From positions 1 to 46,376 of the IMG/VR virus record IMGVR_UViG_3300032212_000692: a stretch of DNA of 46,376 nt; one strand, written 5' to 3'. The stretch is from a virus (Duplodnaviria > Caudoviricetes). A model generated the notes under the pieces. That model was not told where the DNA came from and made no database searches. It was given only the letters and a program-made list of their open reading frames with translations. Positions 17,663 to 26,849 of this stretch are shown here, in pieces (the first letter of the stretch is position 1; every line of letters starts with the position of its first letter). The position numbers and the translations under genes were made by a program.

Positions 17663-18856
17663 TTACCTGACCGTCGTTCCGCGCTCGAAAAGACGCCTCA
17701 CATAGCGCGAGCTATGTGCCCTGTAGAAAGTTGTGAGATATAGCTCGCCTCCATCCATCGTCCTCTTTACGACCCCGATCCAAGGCAGCTCCGCTCCTCG
17801 CTCGATGAACACCATGTTTCGGTCATCCTGTTGCAGGATTGCGGCGTCGGACATGATGTCGGCCAGCCGCACATAGTCACGCTGCGCTATTTCAGGGTGG
17901 CGGCTGGCCTGTTTCGCGGCGGTCTCGGACGAAAGCCGAACCACCCGCGTCGTCGCGCCCAAGGTTCCGGTCAGCTCCTCGGTCAGCATGGCAATCGGCA
18001 CCGTTCCATTTGCGGTGCCATCCAGAATGCGGGCTGCGCGCCAGCTCGTCGCCATATCCCGCGCCGCGACCCGCGCGATCTCGGGGTCGACCGCGTCGAG
18101 CCGACCGGCCAGAAACTGTTCGGCGTGGCGTTGCCTGGTCAGGCCCGGATTGGTCTCCCACCCCGGATCGATACCTGACGGGATTTGGCGCAGCTCGCCT
18201 GTGCGCGAATTGAAGACCTGCCGCGTGGGGATGTTGGGGCTGTCGGAAATGCCCCGGCCTTCAGCCTCGCGGCGGGTGATCTGGCGGACGTGACATTTGC
18301 AGCCCCAGCCGTTGGGTGGAAACCACTGCGCCCAGAACGGATCGTCGACGGGCAGGACCAGGCCTTCCTTGGCCTCGTGCGTGGGCCGGTGCCGGATAGA
18401 CGGCCCCAGAAGATAGACCAGATAGGGCAGCGCGCGTTTGGTGCGTTGGATACGTTCCCATTGTCCTGCCGCGCGCGCGGTGCGCAGGTTGGCGCGGTAA
18501 ATGGTGCGCAGCCGGCGCGGCGAGCCGAGCTGCACATCGCGGACCTCGCCGGTCAGCGGGTCGGTCATCTCGGCCCGGCCCCACCAGCCCATCGCCTGAA
18601 GGCGCGGTGTCAGCTCGCGCCGCCATTGCTGAAACGGGATACCTTCATCGATGGCTTCTTGCAGCGAGCCCTGGATGGCTTCCAGAACATCGAGGTCCAT
18701 CGCCTTTGCGACGGTGAAGGCGGTGGCATGTTCCTGCGGCTCGACATCCTCCCAGGAGAAGCTCGGGTTGAGGCCCCTGTTTTGAAAATAGGCCGAGGCC
18801 TCGGGCGGCGGGCCGGGGTCGAAGGAATAGCCAGGGCGGTCGGAGTGTTCAGCCAT
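17663..18856 (-). CDS. Mu gpF (MuF) minor head protein with C-terminal PBECR-like (BECR-fold) RNase domain
   Basis: N-terminal AFTVAKA, RRLRTIYRAN, FPPNGWGCKC, IDPGW; ~110-aa extension with LS..T..KQ..RHPEI..DY and VVKRT..GELYLTTFYR. Confidence 0.85.
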   Translation of the reverse strand: MAEHSDRPGYSFDPGPPPEASAYFQNRGLNPSFSWEDVEPQEHATAFTVAKAMDLDVLEAIQGSLQEAIDEGIPFQQWRRELTPRLQAMGWWGRAEMTDPLTGEVRDVQLGSPRRLRTIYRANLRTARAAGQWERIQRTKRALPYLVYLLGPSIRHRPTHEAKEGLVLPVDDPFWAQWFPPNGWGCKCHVRQITRREAEGRGISDSPNIPTRQVFNSRTGELRQIPSGIDPGWETNPGLTRQRHAEQFLAGRLDAVDPEIARVAARDMATSWRAARILDGTANGTVPIAMLTEELTGTLGATTRVVRLSSETAAKQASRHPEIAQRDYVRLADIMSDAAILQQDDRNMVFIERGAELPWIGVVKRTMDGGELYLTTFYRAHSSRYVRRLFERGTTVR

Positions 18857-18989
18857 CCGCGATCAGCAGACGCTGCAACAGGTCGGCCGCCCTTTTCATG
18901 AGATCGGGCGAACCCGGCCCCGGCTCCCGCGCCTCGCGGCGGAGCTCCTCCACCATGTCCCAATATTCGCGCCGCTTCAGTTCATCCAT
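18849..18989 (-). CDS. small hypothetical protein between portal and gpF
   Basis: MDELKRREYWDMVEELRRE...; overlaps both neighbours by 8 nt. Confidence 0.55.
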   Translation of the reverse strand: MDELKRREYWDMVEELRREAREPGPGSPDLMKRAADLLQRLLIADG

Positions 18990-20502
18990 CACTGTTCTCT
19001 CCCAACGCGCGCGCCTGGATGGATGCGGTGACCAACCCATCAATCAAGCTTGCATTCCGCATTTCGGGGAAGGCTCCGACGATGGCGGCGCGCGCCTCGT
19101 CGTAGCTGCTGGCCCCCTCGATCTCGGCCATGACCTTGTTCAGCGCGTCGCCCATCACGTCCTCCCAATCGTCAGACAGGTCCTCTTCCAAATCGTCCAC
19201 GCCCGCATAGGGGTCAGCGTCCGCACGGTTTTGCGCGATGGCGGTTTTTTCCTTGGCGGGAACCGGAGCACCGCCGATCACCTCGTCGTCATCATCCGGG
19301 TCGCTAAACCCGAGCCGCCCGCGCAGATCGGCGGAGCGAACGCGCAGGCCCTGGGCAATCAGGCCGCTGGCGCTTTCAAGGATTAGCCCGGTATCCTCCG
19401 GCTCCTCGATATTGATCAGGACGCGCGGATAGTGATCCTGCCGCCCATGGTTCAGATCCACGAAGGGGATGACCAGGTCGCGCTGCAATGTGCCGCTGAC
19501 CGCGCGTGCATCGGCCTGGGCGATGTCGAGCCGCACATCATTATGGACCTTGGCCTGCGCCATCGATGACCCGTTGTCGGAGGTCATGGTCTGGCCAAGC
19601 ACCGCCTTCGAGGTCTGTTCATCGACCCACCGGGCCAACGTCTCAAATGGATCGTTGCCCGTGCGTGAGACCTCTTCAAAATCGATCTGCATGTTCTTGG
19701 GCAGAACCGCCGCCGCGTCGGTGCCGATATTGGCGACCGCGCGGAACAGTGTTTCGACGTCTTCCTTGGTGGCCTGCTCGTCATAGCGACCGAGCCGCAT
19801 TGGCAGGCCATAGGTTTCAACGAAGGCCACCCAGTCCTTGACGGTATAGGCCTTGCACATCCAGCCAAAGGCCACGAGCCGCGCCAGCCCGCCGCGCAGG
19901 GTCAGGCCCGATTTCAACTTGGGGCGGTGCGCGATAAAACGAAACGGCTCGAGCGGCTTGCCGTCGACTGGATCTGCCTCGTCGATCAGGCGCAGCTCCC
20001 GGCCTGTTTCGCGGTCGAAGGTGAAGAAGCGCGGATCGACATAGTCAAACTGGCGCGGGCTCCAGCGGCGGGCTTCGCGCAGCCAGTCAATCTCGACGAC
20101 CGAAAAGCCTTTGCCCAAGGCATCGAGCAGATCCTCGATGAGATCGGGAAAGGCGTCATGTTCGGCAATGGTCTCGCGCACATCATCGGCGATCTTGACG
20201 TCGCGTGGATCTTCTGAGGCCGGTTCGACGACCGGCACCACGCCCGAGACGGCCCGCTTGCGAACGCCCAGGACCGAGGCGTAATGCGCGTCGCGTTCCT
20301 CCATTTCTTCGGCGAGCGCCAGGTAGTCGTGGATCTCGCCCTCGGATGCGCGGCGCAGCACATTGGCCAGGCTGGCAGGCGTCAGGCCCGAGGCGATGGA
20401 GCTGGCCCAGGCATTGCGAATACCGGTCAGGCCCGGCTCGGCCTGCGGCTTGGTCAGTTGCTGAAGACGGACCGGGCGTCCGTAACGATCCAAAAGAGCC
20501 AT
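18982..20502 (-). CDS. Mu gp29-like portal protein (DUF935)
   Basis: LAEEMEERDAHY, DALGKGFSVVEIDW, FVETYGLPMRLGRY, SKAVLGQTMT. Confidence 0.94.
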   Translation of the reverse strand: MALLDRYGRPVRLQQLTKPQAEPGLTGIRNAWASSIASGLTPASLANVLRRASEGEIHDYLALAEEMEERDAHYASVLGVRKRAVSGVVPVVEPASEDPRDVKIADDVRETIAEHDAFPDLIEDLLDALGKGFSVVEIDWLREARRWSPRQFDYVDPRFFTFDRETGRELRLIDEADPVDGKPLEPFRFIAHRPKLKSGLTLRGGLARLVAFGWMCKAYTVKDWVAFVETYGLPMRLGRYDEQATKEDVETLFRAVANIGTDAAAVLPKNMQIDFEEVSRTGNDPFETLARWVDEQTSKAVLGQTMTSDNGSSMAQAKVHNDVRLDIAQADARAVSGTLQRDLVIPFVDLNHGRQDHYPRVLINIEEPEDTGLILESASGLIAQGLRVRSADLRGRLGFSDPDDDDEVIGGAPVPAKEKTAIAQNRADADPYAGVDDLEEDLSDDWEDVMGDALNKVMAEIEGASSYDEARAAIVGAFPEMRNASLIDGLVTASIQARALGENSDG

Positions 20503-21935
20503 TACCAAATTCCTTTCTGCGCCCCGAACCCGGCGGTAAGCCTGACGGGGCGGTCATCGTCGCGCCCGCCGCCTGGGGGAACCGGGCGGTAGGCGTAAGG
20601 CTGATAATCCGTGTTGGCGGCCGAGGCGGCGAGGGCACCGGCCCAGAAGCGGTCGGCATGGCCATCGCTTTCGCCGTCTGCCACCAGGCGACGGATGCCG
20701 GTGGGGCCGGTGACAGAAGTGATGGCATGCAGATCAGCGCGCAGCTTGGGGTCGCCTGCCGGGATCAACAGGGTGCGGTCCTCAAAGTTCTCCTTGAGCG
20801 TGGTTGCGAGATCGAGCTTGGACGCCACTCCAAAGAGGACGCCGTCGACCCGCGAAGATCCATGATTTCGCTTGGCATCCTCGACCGGCTTTTCGCCCAT
20901 TCCGGTCTGGTCCATTGCGACCTTCGCAACATGATACCGGCGCATCACGTCGGCAAGAAGCTCGTCTTGGCGGGCGAAGGTGATGCGGCGCTCGGCGATG
21001 ATTTCGCGCGTAATCAACACGCCGTCGACTAGCTCCAGGACCCAGATCACGAAGAGATCATTGCGCGCCGCGATGTCTACCCCGACGAAACAAATCCCGC
21101 CGCGATACAGCGACGGGTGTCCTGAAAGCGGGTTCTCGCAGGAGGAAATCAAATCGTAGGGCAGCCAGGCCGAGGCGGCATCCATCCATTTGAGCTCGAA
21201 TTCCTGAGCCCAAAGGTCTTCATCGGCCATGCCCTGGCGCAGCTCGTCGATATCGACATCGAGGCCCTGTTTAACGGCCTCGTAAATATCGACGTGATGG
21301 CGCGACCAGACATTCCCCTCGGCAGTCATCAGCTCATAGAACTTGTTGCCCTTGCCGTTGGGGGTGGAAATCACGCGGATCTTGTGGCCGCCGCGCGCGG
21401 CGACGGGAAAAGCGGAGCCCCAAATCCGGCGGCTGTCATTGTGGAAGCCGAATTCATCGAAGAGCATATTACCACCGAAGCCGCGCGCCGCATCCGGCGA
21501 GGCAGAGATAGCGGTGACGCGTGAGCCTCCGGGAAACCGGACCTCCTGGGCTTTGTAGACGGCTTCTTCGACATCGATGAGGTAGACAGCGCCGTTCTGG
21601 ATGACTTCGCGCCTGTGTGCTGGCACGCGAAAATCTTCTTCGCTGAACTCGGGCTCTCCCTTCCGGGCCAGAACCGAATAGGCGGCATAGTAAGCCTTTG
21701 TCATTGGTTTCAGCGCGTCTTCGATTGCCTCCTTTGCAGTCGCCTCGGATCGCGACAGGATTGTCCATCGCGTCTTTCGCCCTTCGATTTCGGCTTGAGT
21801 GCAATCGTCCACGATCTCGCCAGAGGCCCCGAAGGTCTTGCCGCCGCGCCGGGTGAACATGCCGATCTTGAAGCGGCTGTCATCATTCAGCCATGCCTTT
21901 TGATATGGCAACCAATTGATGATGGGGCTGGCCAT
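20502..21935 (-). CDS. Mu gp28-like terminase large subunit
   Basis: RRGGKT Walker A, FDEF Walker B, STPNGKGNKFY, GVDIA, MDQTGMG, HADRFWA. Confidence 0.94.
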   Translation of the reverse strand: MASPIINWLPYQKAWLNDDSRFKIGMFTRRGGKTFGASGEIVDDCTQAEIEGRKTRWTILSRSEATAKEAIEDALKPMTKAYYAAYSVLARKGEPEFSEEDFRVPAHRREVIQNGAVYLIDVEEAVYKAQEVRFPGGSRVTAISASPDAARGFGGNMLFDEFGFHNDSRRIWGSAFPVAARGGHKIRVISTPNGKGNKFYELMTAEGNVWSRHHVDIYEAVKQGLDVDIDELRQGMADEDLWAQEFELKWMDAASAWLPYDLISSCENPLSGHPSLYRGGICFVGVDIAARNDLFVIWVLELVDGVLITREIIAERRITFARQDELLADVMRRYHVAKVAMDQTGMGEKPVEDAKRNHGSSRVDGVLFGVASKLDLATTLKENFEDRTLLIPAGDPKLRADLHAITSVTGPTGIRRLVADGESDGHADRFWAGALAASAANTDYQPYAYRPVPPGGGRDDDRPVRLTAGFGAQKGIW

Positions 21936-22132
21936 CAGAACACGGCCACAAGCAGGCCCGCCGCAACAATCACGAACAGCACGACCGCAACGGCCAGAGC
22001 CCTGAGCGCCGCCATTCCGAATTCCGGCAGACCCGATTTGGTCGCGCCAGAGATCAGGATCACGAACGCAAGGATCGCGGGAACTGACGCCAGGGTCAGC
22101 GCACCGATTATCAGGATGGTGGTCTCAAGCAT
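21935..22132 (-). CDS. small two-TM membrane protein
   Basis: MLETTILIIGALTLASVPAILAFVILI...; coupled by 1-nt overlaps to both neighbours. Confidence 0.6.
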   Translation of the reverse strand: MLETTILIIGALTLASVPAILAFVILISGATKSGLPEFGMAALRALAVAVVLFVIVAAGLLVAVF

Positions 22133-22692
22133 CAGCTGAACCCCATGATCTCGCGCGCGGCCTGCGCGGCTTCGGCGTTGATCCGGCCGGCACTCACACC
22201 ATCTTCCAGCGCCGATGCCTGAGCCGCCCGCTCTTCGGCGCGGGCCTCTTCGGCAACTCGCTCGCGCTCGTCGGCCTTCAGCTTCTCGCGCAGCCCGGCC
22301 GATTGCATCAGATCCTTCAGCATCCGGCTGAGGCTGGCGAGGGATTTCGGATCCCACTCCCCGTCCTTTTCGCTCACGGCGTTCATCATCTGGAACGCGG
22401 CCGTCGCGATCATCTGCATCAGCACCTTGTGCATGGTGCTTTCGGCCTCGATATCCATGTCACCCAGGAGCGTCTCAGCCATCGAGAAGGCATCGCGCTG
22501 TTCCTTAAGGAGCTTGGAATATTCGCCGACCGACGATTTGCCGATGCGGATCTCCAGCCCTTCCTCTTCGAGCCAGAAATTCAGATCCTCGGTCACATCC
22601 ACGATGTCACCGAAACCGCGCCCCATCAGCGTCTCGGCCAGGCGCTTCTTCAACTCCGCAGGGATCAGGTCCAGTTTCTTGGGCGGCGGCAT
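22132..22692 (-). CDS. Mu gp27-like (DUF3486) putative terminase small subunit
   Basis: MPPPKKLDLIP, IGKSSVGEY; position upstream of terL. Confidence 0.8.
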   Translation of the reverse strand: MPPPKKLDLIPAELKKRLAETLMGRGFGDIVDVTEDLNFWLEEEGLEIRIGKSSVGEYSKLLKEQRDAFSMAETLLGDMDIEAESTMHKVLMQMIATAAFQMMNAVSEKDGEWDPKSLASLSRMLKDLMQSAGLREKLKADERERVAEEARAEERAAQASALEDGVSAGRINAEAAQAAREIMGFS

Positions 22693-22693
22693 G

Positions 22694-22993
22694 TCACACC
22701 TCCGGCCGGGGCCGCTGAATGTCCGGGTGGCGCGCGATGCCTTGCGCAATCTCGACACCTCGAACAGTGGCCCGCGCGACAATGAAGGCGCCGGTTTGCT
22801 CCAGGTCGACAAAGCCCTGCTCGTCCAGCCAGTTCAGTTCGGTCGTGACCTGATCGCGGGTGAACGCGATGCCGACCTGCGGCAACATCGAGGACAGCAT
22901 GGAGGCGTTCGATGTGTATTTCGGAGCGCCCTCAAGAAAGCGCAAGATCGAAATGCGGGCGTGCTGGCGCAGGGTTTCAGAATAGGTGCTCAC
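22694..22993 (-). CDS. Mu gp26-like winged-helix protein
   Basis: GTG start; RISILRFL..APKYTSN, ELNWLDEQG, GVEIAQG..PDIQRP. Confidence 0.78.
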   Translation of the reverse strand: MSTYSETLRQHARISILRFLEGAPKYTSNASMLSSMLPQVGIAFTRDQVTTELNWLDEQGFVDLEQTGAFIVARATVRGVEIAQGIARHPDIQRPRPEV

Positions 22994-23358
22994 TTTTTGG
23001 CTCCGTTTTCGAGGAGGTATTGTTCGTGACGTCTGACGGTATCGGTGAAAGCTTTGACTGTGTCCTTCATCCCACCCCAATTCGCGCGCATCGCCTTCAC
23101 ATCTCCGGACATTTCGGAGAGCGAGAGCTGAATGGCGTGGAGGTCGTCCTTGCTTGGCAGGCTGTCGTAACTCTGTTCGATCCGCGCGATCCGGACATCG
23201 AAACGGTCCATGCGATCAGATCCCAGCTTCAGCCGATCATCGACGGTCCTGAACCGATCCTCGACGTCCTGTTTGCGGGTGCGAAACCAAGCGAAAAACA
23301 CCGTCCCGAAGGACATCAGGACGCTGATCGTTACTGTCGGGTCAAAAAATAAGTTCAC
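22990..23358 (-). CDS. DUF2730-like protein (Mu gp25 position)
   Basis: N-terminal TM segment then coiled coil, LPSKDDLH, EQYLLE. Confidence 0.72.
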   Translation of the reverse strand: MNLFFDPTVTISVLMSFGTVFFAWFRTRKQDVEDRFRTVDDRLKLGSDRMDRFDVRIARIEQSYDSLPSKDDLHAIQLSLSEMSGDVKAMRANWGGMKDTVKAFTDTVRRHEQYLLENGAKK

Positions 23359-23376
23359 GTCTCAGGGCCTATCCAG

Positions 23377-23685
23377 TTAAAGGTCATCGCCGGGCGGCTG
23401 GCTCGCGTCATTCCAAAAGTCGCCCGCTGCCATGAGGCAGGTGGTTACCGATGGCGATGTCACGATGATCGCCCAGGTCCCGGTCTCGGAAGAGCTGTAG
23501 ACCTCGAAGAGCTGGTTGGTGGGTCCAAGCCCCCAGCCGCTTCGCACCTGGCCGAGCTGCCCCTCCAGCACCTCGGTGACCTGCGGGTAGGTGCCACAAA
23601 GGGAGCGCGCCGATTGTGCGACCGCCGGCATCGCTGAAAGAGCGAGGGCGGTAATGACCAGGCTTCGCAGGAAAAAGATCATCAC
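23377..23685 (-). CDS. secreted small protein in the lysis cassette
   Basis: Signal peptide, two Cys, ETGTWAII. Confidence 0.6.
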   Translation of the reverse strand: MMIFFLRSLVITALALSAMPAVAQSARSLCGTYPQVTEVLEGQLGQVRSGWGLGPTNQLFEVYSSSETGTWAIIVTSPSVTTCLMAAGDFWNDASQPPGDDL

Positions 23686-24281
23686 GCGCCCTCCCTGTCA
23701 GCCTGCCAGGCTGAGAGAGCCGGATTATCGGATGGGCGCAGCACCTCGATGGTGGCGGCTGCGTCTGGCCCGGTATCTGCGGCAAGTGGTGTATCGGCTT
23801 CAGCCGACACCGGCGCGCGCAAGGCCTGCAGCTCATCGAGCTGATCCATGATCCCGGGCAGGGCGGTCGCGGCCCCGGCCAGTTGACGGTTGAAATTCTG
23901 GTCCAGCGTCTGCATGCGACCGCCGAAATAGAAGGTCACCACGATGATCATCAGCCCCCACAGGGATGTCGGGATGATCGCGAGGGCCGTAAAGACCTCC
24001 GCCGCGCGGATCGCATCATAGACCGGCAACACCAACACATAGATCAGGCCGAGCGTGATCAATGGGCGTGGCAATCGGTTCAGCCCATCCATCAGGCTGT
24101 CGAACCAGCCGCGTGAGGGCCGGGCGAATTCGGCGGTGAGTTGTGCAAGAGCGGCGGCATCCAGACCATAGCCGCGCTGCGACAGGGCCTCGGCATTGGG
24201 GCGCAGGGCCTCGATGATCTCAAGCGGGCGGTTGCGGCCGGACCCGAAAAGCGCGGCCATAAGTTGGCTGATTACCCCCAT
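23682..24281 (-). CDS. holin family protein
   Basis: WFDSLMDGLNRLPRP, TM segments, IVVTFYFGGR; overlaps the endolysin gene. Confidence 0.82.
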   Translation of the reverse strand: MGVISQLMAALFGSGRNRPLEIIEALRPNAEALSQRGYGLDAAALAQLTAEFARPSRGWFDSLMDGLNRLPRPLITLGLIYVLVLPVYDAIRAAEVFTALAIIPTSLWGLMIIVVTFYFGGRMQTLDQNFNRQLAGAATALPGIMDQLDELQALRAPVSAEADTPLAADTGPDAAATIEVLRPSDNPALSAWQADREGA

Positions 24282-24883
24282 GCGGCGGTCCTTTCGCGGT
24301 GCTCGGCATCGGTGAGGTGAAAGCGCGGCGAAATGAACTCTTCGGCCCGAACGATCCAGCCACCTTTGCCACCGTCACGGCGGCGGGCATATTTGCGGCT
24401 GGCCGGGCGGCGGTCGGCCAGCCGGTAGTAGAAGTTGCGTCGGGCGATGCCATAGGCGTCGACCATGTAATCAGGTGCCTGGGCAAAGGCGGCCTCGGAT
24501 GCGCCAATGGTCTGTGGCCCGATGGCCCCGTCAACGGCAATCTCAAGGCCCATATCGCGCAGGAGCCGTTGCAGGATCTTGACCGCGTTGGTGCCGGAAT
24601 TGACCTGCATGTCAAACACCGAGGCCTGCAGCTGCTCCGGCAGCTGGTCGATGCGCGGGCGGCGGTAGTAGTGCTCGATAAAGATGTCGGTGGCGCGCTC
24701 GCGGGTCAGGCTGCGCACATCGGTCACGTCCACAGATCCGTCACGGTTCAGATCCAGACCGAGACGGCGCATGGTGCCAATGGTGACGCCAAAATTGGTG
24801 GCTCCGCCGGGATCGTCGGGGTCATTCACAAAGCCACCCTCGCGGGCGACGATTTCAGTGGCGATTTCGCGAACCGTCGGCAT
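24272..24883 (-). CDS. endolysin, glycoside hydrolase family 108 with peptidoglycan-binding domain
   Basis: REGGFVNDPDDPGGATNFGVT, FDMQVNSG, VDGAIGPQT. Confidence 0.93.
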   Translation of the reverse strand: MPTVREIATEIVAREGGFVNDPDDPGGATNFGVTIGTMRRLGLDLNRDGSVDVTDVRSLTRERATDIFIEHYYRRPRIDQLPEQLQASVFDMQVNSGTNAVKILQRLLRDMGLEIAVDGAIGPQTIGASEAAFAQAPDYMVDAYGIARRNFYYRLADRRPASRKYARRRDGGKGGWIVRAEEFISPRFHLTDAEHRERTAAWG

Positions 24884-24935
24884 GCTGACACCTCATGGAG
24901 ATAACAGGTGCCAGAATGCAGGTGCAGCGCGCCGC

Positions 24936-24959
24936 GATCCCCGCCGAAACGGTTCGGGG
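24936..24959 (-). promoter_or_regulatory. late-promoter activator site upstream of the lysis genes (Plys-like)
   Basis: GATCCCCGCCGAAACGGTTCGGGG, CCGAA-N4-TTCGG dyad shared with 17375-17398. Confidence 0.7.
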
Positions 24960-25379
24960 TCAGAGATCGCGGAAGAGGGGGAGTTGGGGTTTGCGGCGCG
25001 GTGCCTGAGCCAATTCGGCGCGCAGTTCCTGCCGCAGCTGTTCAACCCGGCGCGACGTTACGCCATGCGCTCCGGCAATATCGTTGGCACTGCGGATCGG
25101 ATCGGTCAAGCCCGCTTCCAGCACGTCCGCGCGGAGCTGCGCGGCACGTTCGCTTGCGTCGCGCCCGGTGCGGGATGGGAATGCGACGGTCTCGCCGCCG
25201 AGCCGGTCCGCGATCCAGCGCGCCGCCATCGGGCCGATCTCCTGGGCGAGCGCGGATTTGGCGGCGTTCACGGGCAGGGGAACGGTGCGCCGCTGCCCGC
25301 CCACATTGGCCAGAACACGCAATGCAGATGCCTGCCCAAGATCGGCCTCCAGCTCGTCTATGTCGAAGCGTTCAGACAC
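24960..25379 (-). CDS. Mor/C-like late transcription activator
   Basis: Position just before the lysis genes; LANVGGQ..VP, C-terminal HTH (SANDIAGAHGVTSRRV). Confidence 0.7.
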   Translation of the reverse strand: MSERFDIDELEADLGQASALRVLANVGGQRRTVPLPVNAAKSALAQEIGPMAARWIADRLGGETVAFPSRTGRDASERAAQLRADVLEAGLTDPIRSANDIAGAHGVTSRRVEQLRQELRAELAQAPRRKPQLPLFRDL

Positions 25380-25635
25380 GATCAGGCACCCGTCTCTTAT
25401 CCTTTACGCGGCCCGTGCGTGTGCTCGGGTCTTGCGCCGAGGTGACTGTTATGACGGTTTGGCCCTTCAGGGCGTAGCGGTAGCCATCCGCGATGACACC
25501 GCCTGCACCATGCTCCACGCCGCGCTCGACCTGCGCGGATATTTCCGCGCGGACCGGGTCCAGATCCAAGCCCATAACCTGCTCGAGGTAGCTGACCATG
25601 GCGTGGTCTGTGGCGTGGATGGCGGGCTTTTTCAT
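25372..25635 (-). CDS. hypothetical phage protein
   Basis: MKKPAIHATDHAMVSYLEQVMG...; ATGA overlap with the gemA stop. Confidence 0.65.
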   Translation of the reverse strand: MKKPAIHATDHAMVSYLEQVMGLDLDPVRAEISAQVERGVEHGAGGVIADGYRYALKGQTVITVTSAQDPSTRTGRVKDKRRVPDRV

Positions 25636-26084
25636 CGACCGAGCATCTCCCGGTCGATTTTGACACCCTTGCGCTCGCACCATTGCAGCAGCGCCTGGAT
25701 AACGGTGTCGATCTTCTCCCAGTCGCGCAGATCGTCGATATCGCGGGGCACCGCGCCCCAGGCAGCGCCGTAGCGCCGCCGGATGAATGCGTTGAGGCCC
25801 GCGCGGGTCGGGTTGTCCAACACGCCGGCATCGCCCAGCTTCTTCCAGAGCACATGCACAAGGCGCAGATCGGCGCGTGGTGCCCGGCGGTAGCCCTTGC
25901 CGGATTTGGTGGGCTTGAAGCCCTTCGTAACGAGGGCATTTATGACCAGCTTCAACTCGCCCTCGTTCATATCGGCCAGGCTTTCCTTGCCGGTCGCGGC
26001 GCGTTGCAGATCCTTGCGGGTGTCGGTGTCGATGCCAAGCTCGCGGCACCCGGCGAAGATCTTGCGCTTGAGAGCCTGGGTCAT
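25632..26084 (-). CDS. gemA: GemA / Mu gp16 family protein
   Basis: RELGID, TGKESLADM, HVLWKKL, LNAFIRR, VIQAL. Confidence 0.85.
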   Translation of the reverse strand: MTQALKRKIFAGCRELGIDTDTRKDLQRAATGKESLADMNEGELKLVINALVTKGFKPTKSGKGYRRAPRADLRLVHVLWKKLGDAGVLDNPTRAGLNAFIRRRYGAAWGAVPRDIDDLRDWEKIDTVIQALLQWCERKGVKIDREMLGR

Positions 26085-26365
26085 TGCATCAGTCCTTTCT
26101 GGGCCTCGTAGATCACCGCCTGGCGGCGGCGCAGGATGCGTTCGGGGCTGACGCCAAGATCGAGGGCCACAAGGGCTAACTCCTCGGCGTCGGCCGTGAC
26201 GATCCGAAAATCCAGATCATCGTCCCAGACCAGCAATTTGCGGCGCACCTTCTGCGGTTGCCCGCTGACGGCCTCGCGCTTGCCGGTGACCAGATCCTTC
26301 GCGTCCTTGCGATGCGCCTCGCGCCTGGCTTCACGCAGCTCCATAGCCGGGGCCTCCATCGTCAA
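26081..26365 (-). CDS. hypothetical phage protein (start uncertain)
   Basis: Co-oriented ORF in the middle operon, overlapping the gemA start. Confidence 0.55.
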   Translation of the reverse strand: MTMEAPAMELREARREAHRKDAKDLVTGKREAVSGQPQKVRRKLLVWDDDLDFRIVTADAEELALVALDLGVSPERILRRRQAVIYEAQKGLMQ

Positions 26366-26846
26366 GGGCGGTCAGTTTTTCGCGCAGGCGCTCCAGGCAG
26401 GCCATTGCGACCGCGCCGGTGGCCGGGTTCGCGGCAAGGCCAGTATCTTCGGCCTGCCTGAAAAGGTCTTCGATGTCGGCCTTGTAGACGCCGCTGATGG
26501 CTTCCGTCCTGGCAACATATGTATCGACGGCCTCGTCAAACCGGCTTCGGAAGTCCTCAAGGGTCCTGGGCGGTTCGGCACTCTCGACGGCCCCGACTTC
26601 GAGCCTGAAATCTGGGAGTGTTTCGGAAAAACTCTGATGGCCGAAGCTGGTCAGGAAGTCGAAAACCGCACGTATATCCAGATTGGCGTGAACAGCATCG
26701 ACAATGAGGCGGGCCTGGTCAGCGCGCAGGGCCTCGCCCGCCCTGCGGTATTCGGGCAGGGTCTGCGCGGCGTCAAGACGGTCCGAATGCCGGGCATGGG
26801 TCGCGGAAAACTGTGCCTTGAAGTCATCGAGTGAGGTCACAGGCAT
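26331..26846 (-). CDS. hypothetical phage protein
   Basis: Co-oriented helical ORF directly after DUF3164. Confidence 0.6.
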   Translation of the reverse strand: MPVTSLDDFKAQFSATHARHSDRLDAAQTLPEYRRAGEALRADQARLIVDAVHANLDIRAVFDFLTSFGHQSFSETLPDFRLEVGAVESAEPPRTLEDFRSRFDEAVDTYVARTEAISGVYKADIEDLFRQAEDTGLAANPATGAVAMACLERLREKLTALDDGGPGYGAA

Positions 26847-26849
26847 GGC

